Assembly (NCBI GenBank): GCA_016839805.1
Contig: JAEOTO010000028.1
Span: 1-30,572 of the forward strand
Direction: 5' to 3'
From: Candidatus Hermodarchaeota archaeon
Lineage (GTDB): Archaea; Asgardarchaeota; Hermodarchaeia; Hermodarchaeales; Hermodarchaeaceae
DNA length: 30,572 bases
Positions 8,403-15,988 of this stretch are shown here, piece by piece (position 1 is the first letter of the stretch; every line of letters starts with the position of its first letter). The translations under genes and the position numbers were made by a program. The notes beneath the pieces were generated by a model that searched no databases, was not told where the DNA came from, and was given only the letters and a program-made list of their open reading frames with translations.

Positions 8403-8514
8403 CCGAGGTCATCTCTCCTAGATAGTGTTTGTTGGGGGTTCCAGGTGTGAGCGCGGAATTTGGTTTATTTTTATGGCTTTCGGTGGACCATTCGAGGGAC
8501 ATCAGTGGTGGGGA

Positions 8515-8570
8515 ATTAGAGGTCTCTAATGGACAGTAGTGGTGTGGGATAGATAAGGTCCACAACTGTC
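8515..8570. repeat. Two adjacent inverted repeats upstream of tnpB (candidate left-end hairpins or operator sites)
   Basis: ATTAGAG-GT-CTCTAAT (8515-8530) and GACAGT..TGTGG-[12 nt]-CCACA-ACTGTC (8532-8570). Confidence 0.5.
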
Positions 8571-8612
8571 TGAGTGAAGATCCAAAAGGAAAGAGATGTT
8601 GAATAGCGGTCT

Positions 8613-8908
8613 AATTGGGACTGTTACAAAGAAATGGAAGCAGTTTCCAATGAATTGGTAGTTGTTGCCATCAATTGGACCATGAATTGTCAACCGTTGA
8701 ACCGGAGATTCTGGCTCTGGCAACCGTTACCACAACCGATGATGTTGTTAAGGGAAATATCCCTTGAAAGCTATCGTTTTAGGCGAAAGCTATGTCCTGA
8801 AATAGCTCTTCTATTGATAGCAACAGAGGCGCCAGAGAATATTATAAGCTCGCCTGCTGTAAGGGTTGTCCACGGGAACCGTTGAGAACTTGTCAGAACA
8901 ACCGATGC
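8613..8908 (+). repeat. Cluster of short dispersed direct repeats in non-coding DNA
   Basis: (C/G)AACCG(T/A)T at 8691, 8721, 8733, 8876, 8899; AATTGG at 8613, 8653, 8673; GAAAGCTAT at 8766 and 8785; palindrome AAGGGA-AATA-TCCCTT at 8750-8765. Confidence 0.55.
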
Positions 8909-9057
8909 GCTTAATGAAAACAGCATTTGTGGAGCAACTAAAAGTAGCATGAAACAAGAGGAATAGTGATATTCTGACAATTTTCGAGTTTATTATGACA
9001 GTTTTAGGCAGGATACCATGTTCGTTGTCTTATCTGGATACTTCATAATTCTTGAGC

Positions 9058-10110
9058 TTACTCTTCAGTATCTTCTTCTGGTTCTTCTGTTACTTCGGAT
9101 TCTGTGTGACTTCGTACGAGAACAGATTCTTGAGATAGGTATGCAAGAAGACGGAACCGTTCGGAGTCGAAATGCAAAAGGCTTCGAAGATGTTCCAGAT
9201 TGAAGTGGTGGGCACTTTGACGTAATACAAGGAAACTATTCAATTGTGCGCGAAGGGTATCGAGTTGGAGTTCAAGTAATTTGGCTTGAAGTAATCGGTC
9301 GTCCGTAAGACTAAGAGCTTGTTTTGCGAGATCCATACTTGGTTGGTTGAGGGGAGCTAGGTATACAGGAGGGCTTTTGGTGAGGTTAACAAAGAGGTAT
9401 TGTGTGAGGTTATCTGGAGTAGTTAGGCTTTGGTAAACGTCTTTAGTAACGCCAAGGAGTGTTGGGTGTTTTTGTTGCTGTTGTTCACGGCTTTCTAGTA
9501 TTCCTTTCGCAGTCTCGAGGTCATTGATACCTGGCATGTTGGGTACTGAGAAGGGAAGGAAACTGTCGATCGCTTCACTAAGTTGTTCGAATTTTTTCTT
9601 GGTGACTCCTGTTATGATGACAGCACTGCCAACAAGAATATTCAATAATAGGACATCAAGTGTTGTATCGAATGTCTTGAGGATGTATTCGGTGGAAGAT
9701 ATTCGTTGGCGAGCAACTTGGGATCGTTCGTTATGGGCTTTGAGGGCTTCAAGGATGATGGGAAGAAAACTTTGGAAGGGTTTGACATCTCCACTCCATT
9801 TTTTGAGTTGGGTTTCATATTGGTTATAAAAGAGCACATTGAGGCTGTGTAGAACGGCTTGTACTTCGAGTTCATCAGCGTTTCCGTCTGCGAGACCAAC
9901 GGAGATAAGAGGGTCGAGTACGTCGTAGTGGAAGCGGTAGGCGCCTGCGCCAATTGTACGGATTTCTTCCGCGATGGCTTCGTGTCCGAACTCTCGGATG
10001 GCGGTGAGAAGGCCGGTGAGTAAGGTTTGTTCGAGTCTAACTACGGGCGAAGTATGTGAAATAAGTGTTTCACCGGATTGGAGAAAGATGAACACGGAGT
10101 GCATTGTCAT
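9058..10110 (-). CDS. Longin-domain protein with a putative C-terminal DENN/folliculin-like domain
   Basis: Residues 1-125 have a longin pattern (SVFIFLQSGETLISH...LLTGLLTAIREFG...FYNQY...WSGDVKPFQSF). Then LDVLLLNILVGSAVIITG...LSEAIDSFLPF...PTLLGV...YLFVNL, which follows the cDENN alpha/beta pattern. Ends with helices and an acidic tail. Confidence 0.75.
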   Translation of the reverse strand: MTMHSVFIFLQSGETLISHTSPVVRLEQTLLTGLLTAIREFGHEAIAEEIRTIGAGAYRFHYDVLDPLISVGLADGNADELEVQAVLHSLNVLFYNQYETQLKKWSGDVKPFQSFLPIILEALKAHNERSQVARQRISSTEYILKTFDTTLDVLLLNILVGSAVIITGVTKKKFEQLSEAIDSFLPFSVPNMPGINDLETAKGILESREQQQQKHPTLLGVTKDVYQSLTTPDNLTQYLFVNLTKSPPVYLAPLNQPSMDLAKQALSLTDDRLLQAKLLELQLDTLRAQLNSFLVLRQSAHHFNLEHLRSLLHFDSERFRLLAYLSQESVLVRSHTESEVTEEPEEDTEE

Positions 10111-10301
10111 TAATCTTACCGCCCTTCAGCCAGAATCCCTTCAGTCGTGTATCTTAGCGTTCGTTTCAAGACAATTAAAGGTTTCCTCAATGTCATGGAT
10201 ATATTGTCCAATAATTGTGGAAATCAGGTGCCATTAGTCTTTTATCCAAGATTAGCTTCAAAGCACCAATGAATAGATGCTGCGTGTAAGGTGTCGGTAT
10301 A

Positions 10302-11369
10302 ATGTCAACTGAAACACTTCGATCAATGCTTCGCAAACTCTCTGAAGTAATTGGGATTTCTGGTTATGAAACTGAAGCGCGTGCAGTGATTCATAGTGAA
10401 ATTGAACAGTTCGTTGATAAGGTCTGGGTCGATCCCCTCGGAAATCTATTAGCTATTCGTAATGGGAAAAAGGAACACCCAAGAATTTTGCTAGATGCCC
10501 ACGTCGATGAAATCGGATTCATCGTAAGATACATTCATGATAATGGATTCCTCCGCATCACACCAATTGGTGGTTGGGACCCGCGAATCCTTCCTGGACA
10601 CCGCGTGGTCCTTTGTCCAAAAGGTCCAGCAAAGTCGGAACGGGTGTATGGGGTGATTGGTGCTACTCCTCCACATTTGACTACGGCGAAGCAACGAGAG
10701 CAGGTCATTGCTATTGAGGATCTTTACGTTGATATCGGTGTCTTTTCGCAGAAGGATGTCGAGGCGATGGGTATCCGTGTGGGGACACCAATGACGGTAT
10801 GGCAGCCGTTCATCGAACTGCCTGACGATGTGGTTTCCGGGAAAGCATTTGATGATCGAGTAGGCTGTCTGATTATAATCGAAGTACTTCGCCGATTAGC
10901 AAAAACCCCTGGTCATGCGTCGACCCTCGTGGTGAATTTTGCGATGGGTGAAGAGATAGGAGGCCGCGGAGCCCGAACTGGTGCATACACTCTGGAACCG
11001 GATGTTGCATTAGCCCTGGAATGTACTTCTGCGGGTGACATGCCTGGCATCCCCAAACATAAATCTCCTACGCAGTTGGGGAAAGGATCTGCGATCACTG
11101 TTGCTGACCGAACATTAATTACCCACCCTCAAGTTCTCGCCACTTTAGAGCAAGTCGCAAAAAAGGAAAAAATTCCATTTCAATACAAGCAACCATTGGG
11201 AGGTGGAACCGATGGCGGTCCTATCTCACAATCACGTAAGGGAGTACCGACTGGCGTTGTTTCCGTACCCTGCCGATACATCCACTCAGCAATCTCCCTT
11301 TTACGATTAAGCGACATTCAAGCAGCAATTGACCTTGTCCATGGATTTGTACAGACATGGAAACCATGA
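10302..11369 (+). CDS. M42-family (TET/FrvX-type) aminopeptidase
   Basis: DAHVDEIG, PIGGWDPR, GKAFDDR, GEEIG, GGTDGG, PCRYIHS. Confidence 0.95.
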   Translation: MSTETLRSMLRKLSEVIGISGYETEARAVIHSEIEQFVDKVWVDPLGNLLAIRNGKKEHPRILLDAHVDEIGFIVRYIHDNGFLRITPIGGWDPRILPGHRVVLCPKGPAKSERVYGVIGATPPHLTTAKQREQVIAIEDLYVDIGVFSQKDVEAMGIRVGTPMTVWQPFIELPDDVVSGKAFDDRVGCLIIIEVLRRLAKTPGHASTLVVNFAMGEEIGGRGARTGAYTLEPDVALALECTSAGDMPGIPKHKSPTQLGKGSAITVADRTLITHPQVLATLEQVAKKEKIPFQYKQPLGGGTDGGPISQSRKGVPTGVVSVPCRYIHSAISLLRLSDIQAAIDLVHGFVQTWKP

Positions 11370-11377
11370 GAGGTGTT

Positions 11378-11812
11378 ATGAAAATGTCCATTCCTTCAGT
11401 TGAAGAAGTTATGAAAGGTGAAACCACAGTATTTTTGGCTACCCTGGATGGTGACCAACCTCGAGTTCGACCAGTGACTGCCATAGAGAATAATGGAGAG
11501 CTCTTTATTCTCACGGGCTCTGAGGACGCGAAATTTCATCAAATTCAGCAGAATTCGAAAGTTGAGGTAGTGACGTTAGTCCCTTATGCCGAAACTTCAG
11601 GGTACATACGATTCAGTGCTCGAGCAAAAATCGTTGAAGACCCCAAGATTCGTGAACGGATAGCGAAGGCGACATCATTTTTTTCGAACTATTTCAAGTC
11701 ACCTTCTGATCCGAAATATGGATTACTTCATTTGCTTCCGGAAAAAATTGAATATCTAAAACCAGGAGAGATGTATCCCGAATCCATTGCAAAATTTGAT
11801 TTCGCTAAATAG
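11378..11812 (+). CDS. Pyridoxamine 5'-phosphate oxidase-like FMN-binding split-barrel protein
   Basis: FLATLDGDQPRVRPV, KFHQIQQNSKVEV, YIRFSARAKIVED. GAGGTG RBS before ATG 11378/11384. Confidence 0.85.
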   Translation: MKMSIPSVEEVMKGETTVFLATLDGDQPRVRPVTAIENNGELFILTGSEDAKFHQIQQNSKVEVVTLVPYAETSGYIRFSARAKIVEDPKIRERIAKATSFFSNYFKSPSDPKYGLLHLLPEKIEYLKPGEMYPESIAKFDFAK

Positions 11813-11936
11813 ACATTCGATTCTACTCTTTATGGGAAGCTATTTCTAGGTGCGTGTGCACAGTCTAAAGCCGGGACTTTCCGAGGTTAAGATCATTCTA
11901 GACAGCGGACCAGTGTGGGTACGGTGAGTTGAAGCC

Positions 11937-14096
11937 ATGGAGCCGATTAGTATCGCCGATGAGGTATCCAGTAGAGTAGTACAACCTTTGCTGAAAATTG
12001 AAGGGAACACCATTAGGGTTGAAGGAGCCCAACTTCCACTTTATAGTGGTTCCATTGATTATTGGCAGATTCCTTTGGAAAATTGGAGTAAGGTCCTTGA
12101 CCGGATTATCGGATTAGGATTTCGAATTATCTCCACAGCAGTCCCTTGGAACGTCCATGAAGTTGCCAGTGATTTGTTTGATTTTGGTACTACCGATAAA
12201 CAACGGGATATTGAAGGATTTCTTACACTCTGCCGACAAAAGGGATTGTATGTAACCGTTCGACCTGGACCATGTGTAAACGCTGAACTAAATTACTATG
12301 GCTTTCCGAAACGGGTATTGTATGATCCCGAAATCCAAGCGGTTTCTGCGTACGGGACAAAAGTGATTATTCCTGCAACACCTACTCCGTTTCCTATGCC
12401 GAGTTATGCTAGCGAAAAATTCTATGATGAAGTTTCGAAGTTTTTTGATGCAATCTGTCCCATTTTCGCCCGTCATCTTACTCCAGCTGGACCTATTATT
12501 GGCGTTCAGATTGATAATGAACTGCCATTGCTCTTTATGAATGGACCTTTCAGTGCAGACTATTCTTCACATGCCCTACGGTGGTATCATGAGTTCCTGG
12601 CTAGTAAGTATCCATCGATTGGAGCCCTCAACCGAGCATATCGGACCCGCTATGCAACTTTCACCGATATTGAACCACCCCGTGCTCTAGCTACTACTGA
12701 ACGTGAAGCAATACCACGATATTTGGATTGGATGGAGTTTCAAGAATATTATGTGGGACTAGCCCTAAGCGTCCTTGCAAGCCTTCTTTGGTCGCGAGGG
12801 ATACGTGGAGTTATCACTTTTCATAACACTCGTAGTACATTTCCTTCCCTCCCCCTCAATATCTCTAAAACCGAAAAAGAACTTGATCTTCAAGGTGCTG
12901 GTCTCTACTTGAAAATGCCCCGTTATGATGAACTCCGTCGCGGTGCACTCTATCTTAGTACTGTAAGTCGACTTCCATTCCTTGCTGAAGGAGGAATGGG
13001 AACTTGGCCATGGGGTCCATCATTGACAAAAAGTGAACAGCAATTTGCATTAGTGGTTGCCTTGATGCATGGTATTCGGGGATTCAATACGCATATGCTC
13101 GTTAACCGTAATCGATGGATAGGAAGCCCAATCTCAGAATCAGCTGCAATTGATGACCAACAATATACCTTTTTGAAGCGATTCTTAACGATTCTAGGTA
13201 ACCTGCAGCTACATACCTTGCAGCGAAATGTTCCCGTTATCCTTCTCCGGAATTTTGAATATGAACGACTTCATGCTTTGTGTAAGAATAATAATTGGCT
13301 TACTGATCTCATCGATATCCCCTCGGAATTATTACTGACAAATCGAACTTTCAGTTACACAGAAACCATCCAAAAAGCCTATCCTGCCCTCTGGAACGCC
13401 TTCTATTGGGGATTAACCTCTTCGAAAATCCCATTTGGCATTGGCGATACTGACATGGATCGCCCAGCACTAAGTCAATATCAGGCTCTTTTTCTTCCTA
13501 CCTTCGATTTCATGTCTGAAGACTTACAGAAAAAAATCGTTGAATACGTTGTGCGGGGAGGCACTGCAATAATTGGTCCTGAAGTACCATATTTAGGCAG
13601 TGATATGCGGGGTTGCACCATCTTATCTGATTCTGCCAAACTTCAGGCCCCTAGTAGTCGACGTCCATTAGTTGGACTTCATGATCCTTTCACTTTGAAA
13701 AAGGATGATGTGCGCGTTGGTAATCGTGTTGCTGGGAGTATGAAAGCTCATGGAAAGGGAACGTTCATTTATCTTGGAATTACGTTACCTCCAACACTTA
13801 GCCGCGATGACGCTGTTGATGCAGAAAACGTAGTTAGCCAATCTCTAAAACACCTAAAATTGGCACCGGTAGGCGACGTTCAGAACCCCTCTGTCGATGA
13901 AGTCTATTGGGGAACCCGGTCTCCCCAGGTCATTTTCTTGCTTAATCCCACTAATGAACCCCAATCTGTCTCAGTCAAAGTCGCACAACGGAACCTTCTT
14001 CGAGATGGTTGGACAGGTGAACAACTCCCCCAGCGTGGTCCCCAAGAGATTGCACTAAACGCATACGATTTCCGAATTTTTGAGGTGGTTCGATGA
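11937..14096 (+). CDS. GH35/GH42-type glycosidase (beta-galactosidase / exo-beta-D-glucosaminidase GlmA-like architecture)
   Basis: VPWNVHE, RPGPCVNAE, GVQIDNE (acid/base Glu), LNRAYRTRYATFTDIEPP (GH42-like segment), FLAE (candidate nucleophile), and a trimerisation-like domain (YVVRGGTAI). No signal peptide. Confidence 0.88.
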   Translation: MEPISIADEVSSRVVQPLLKIEGNTIRVEGAQLPLYSGSIDYWQIPLENWSKVLDRIIGLGFRIISTAVPWNVHEVASDLFDFGTTDKQRDIEGFLTLCRQKGLYVTVRPGPCVNAELNYYGFPKRVLYDPEIQAVSAYGTKVIIPATPTPFPMPSYASEKFYDEVSKFFDAICPIFARHLTPAGPIIGVQIDNELPLLFMNGPFSADYSSHALRWYHEFLASKYPSIGALNRAYRTRYATFTDIEPPRALATTEREAIPRYLDWMEFQEYYVGLALSVLASLLWSRGIRGVITFHNTRSTFPSLPLNISKTEKELDLQGAGLYLKMPRYDELRRGALYLSTVSRLPFLAEGGMGTWPWGPSLTKSEQQFALVVALMHGIRGFNTHMLVNRNRWIGSPISESAAIDDQQYTFLKRFLTILGNLQLHTLQRNVPVILLRNFEYERLHALCKNNNWLTDLIDIPSELLLTNRTFSYTETIQKAYPALWNAFYWGLTSSKIPFGIGDTDMDRPALSQYQALFLPTFDFMSEDLQKKIVEYVVRGGTAIIGPEVPYLGSDMRGCTILSDSAKLQAPSSRRPLVGLHDPFTLKKDDVRVGNRVAGSMKAHGKGTFIYLGITLPPTLSRDDAVDAENVVSQSLKHLKLAPVGDVQNPSVDEVYWGTRSPQVIFLLNPTNEPQSVSVKVAQRNLLRDGWTGEQLPQRGPQEIALNAYDFRIFEVVR

Positions 14097-14884
14097 GAAG
14101 AATCGCAGAGAATTATCGGGTATTTGATGTTGCGGCAACACACTGGACGAATCTTCTCAACACAATTCCACATTTTTTCAGTGAACGCGGTGTCCTCTAT
14201 CTGCGCTACCAATCCTCGGAGATCACTCAAGCGTTCCATTCACTCCAGGGGATACGTCCTGACTTAACTGGTCCCTTTTCGACTCCAATCACAGTCGTTC
14301 AACAGTTACAGCAACGCGAAGATGTTGACGCAGTCATAATGGTAGAAGAAGGACTAGTAGTGTATTTACTTGCAAAAATTCAAGCCGCGTTTAAACCCGA
14401 GATGGATATTCTACAATATATTGAACTTGCTCAAGAAGGTCTCAAGGAAGAGTTGGGGCGTCGTTTTCATGTTTGGCCCGAGGAATTTTGGGGAAAGAGT
14501 ACCTTCTCATTATTCGAAAGGGTACAGACACTGTTAGATGCACTACCACCGAATATAGTATTCGTCTTGGGGATCTTTGAAGAAAATCAGATCTGGGCTA
14601 GTTTAATTCTTCTTCGTGTCGATGGACAAATTCGATTGATTACATCAACAAAAATCCTGGAACCGTTTGAATTCGAGATCAAGGAATGGCAGACAGATTA
14701 TCGAAGTCTCCTCAAAGCCGTTAAAGAGAAATTAGCAGAACCCACTATGGGTTTCTTCACAGATGATGAGACGTTTCGTTTTCTACTTCGCAGTGACACG
14801 CCACTTGCCTTCATTGCACAAGCTCGAAAAACTGGTCAAATCATCATTGATCCAGTTCCCTCTCGAATTAGAAGCCGTATTTAG
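14093..14884 (+). CDS. Hypothetical protein translationally coupled to the glycosidase
   Basis: 263-aa ORF with an ATGA overlap with the GH35 stop. Globular composition, no motif recognised. Confidence 0.8.
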   Translation: MRRIAENYRVFDVAATHWTNLLNTIPHFFSERGVLYLRYQSSEITQAFHSLQGIRPDLTGPFSTPITVVQQLQQREDVDAVIMVEEGLVVYLLAKIQAAFKPEMDILQYIELAQEGLKEELGRRFHVWPEEFWGKSTFSLFERVQTLLDALPPNIVFVLGIFEENQIWASLILLRVDGQIRLITSTKILEPFEFEIKEWQTDYRSLLKAVKEKLAEPTMGFFTDDETFRFLLRSDTPLAFIAQARKTGQIIIDPVPSRIRSRI

Positions 14885-14887
14885 CAA

Positions 14888-15838
14888 TCAATGCAAGGAT
14901 TGGCGTTTGCGGATAATGAACAGCCCCATTACTGCAAAAACAGTTAACAGGATAGCAGTGAAAACGATTAAAGCAACTTCAAGAGGAGACAACACAAAAG
15001 GAGCTATTGGCGGATCTCCAGGATCAACGTGTAGGGAGAAATCTCCAGGATAGTTATCATCAAGTACTGGATGTGGTGCTACGTTGTTACATAGGTCTGA
15101 ATAGGAGGGAAAAGCAGGGAACACAATTGTTGTGATGTACTCACGGCTTAAAGGTGAAGCATATTCAAAAGCCTCTTCAAGTGATACTTCACCATCCGCA
15201 TTTTCATCGGCAGATGAATTGAGTAGGGCATTAGTAAAGAAATGATTAAACACATCTCCAATGATAGGCAACGATTCTTCAGGAAGTCCTGCCCAAGAGT
15301 ATTCTCCCATTTGTGATGACGCAATGTGTATATGAGAATCAGAAAGCTGAGGTAACATTTCTTCGGATCCACAATCTGAAACAACTAACACTTTCTCTTG
15401 ACTGGGCAAAATCCCCCATTGGCTAGGGAACCAGTGTAACCAATTCATTGTATTAAGGATATAATTGCCATGGGCGAAAATATAGAAGAGAATGACATCA
15501 TTGGCATCTGCATTCTGTCGAAGGAAGGTAAGAGCGGTCTCCCCAACTAGTTGGGTAAGTTCACCATGATAGAATCGAATGTGATCAGATTGCCAATCTA
15601 GCATCTGTAGGGTATTATTCCATTTATGTGAATCACTAAACCCTGTAGGGAGGTCTGACCCGGAATTAGGATAATCGTTCATCTCTAAGAAAACCGCCCA
15701 TCCTTCCCGAGGATTAGGAGGTAGCTGGGCTGATAATATCTCTGATTGGAAAATTAAGGAAGTGGTGAGGAGAAGTAATCCTATGAACATACAACTTAGA
15801 AAGAGTCGTTTACCACGAATTGGACCAGTGAGTTTCAC
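14888..15838 (-). CDS. Membrane-anchored caspase-fold (clan CD, C14/C13-like) cysteine peptidase
   Basis: WAVFLEMNDY, DVILFYIFAHG (catalytic His-Gly), VLVVSDCGS (catalytic Cys), IASSQMGEYSW, FNHFFTNAL..ADENADGEVSLEEAFEY. Signal peptide and C-terminal TM followed by RKRQ. Confidence 0.8.
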   Translation of the reverse strand: MKLTGPIRGKRLFLSCMFIGLLLLTTSLIFQSEILSAQLPPNPREGWAVFLEMNDYPNSGSDLPTGFSDSHKWNNTLQMLDWQSDHIRFYHGELTQLVGETALTFLRQNADANDVILFYIFAHGNYILNTMNWLHWFPSQWGILPSQEKVLVVSDCGSEEMLPQLSDSHIHIASSQMGEYSWAGLPEESLPIIGDVFNHFFTNALLNSSADENADGEVSLEEAFEYASPLSREYITTIVFPAFPSYSDLCNNVAPHPVLDDNYPGDFSLHVDPGDPPIAPFVLSPLEVALIVFTAILLTVFAVMGLFIIRKRQSLH

Positions 15839-15988
15839 GTTGAATATACCATCAAAGAACTTCTTTTAATTTTCCTTTGAGGACTATAGCTATATTAGCA
15901 CCTATGAAAAAAAGAGGGAACTGCCCATTATATGACCCACTAGGTGCTTGATGGGTTACTCATTGTAAAACTCCCAAGTGCCTTTCTG

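Larger units (their letters stand above)
6655..8440 (-). mobile_element. Non-autonomous TnpB element (IS200/IS605/IS607-related, IS1341-type organisation; no tnpA). Left boundary uncertain (8440, possibly out to ~8575)
   Basis: Abrupt GC shift: 41/60 G+C at 6781-6840 versus 15/60 at 6481-6540. Contains tnpB plus a structured 3' region ending GGGTTCAA(C). TTGGGGGTT occurs at 6655-6663 and 8432-8440. No transposase ORF nearby. Confidence 0.75.

Noticed and set aside
8434-8450. GGGGGTTCCAGG as an ORB element
   Set aside because: Lacks the GGAAAC half, the G-string is on the wrong side, and it is not repeated.
8526-8980. ORFs 8526-8723, 8634-8885 and 8771-8980 as genes or transposase remnants
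   Set aside because: Short, mutually overlapping, non-protein-like composition, and no recognisable motifs.
6330-9057. CRISPR array associated with the Cas12f-like gene
   Set aside because: No 25-40 nt repeats at regular spacing on either side, and no cas1/cas2/cas4.
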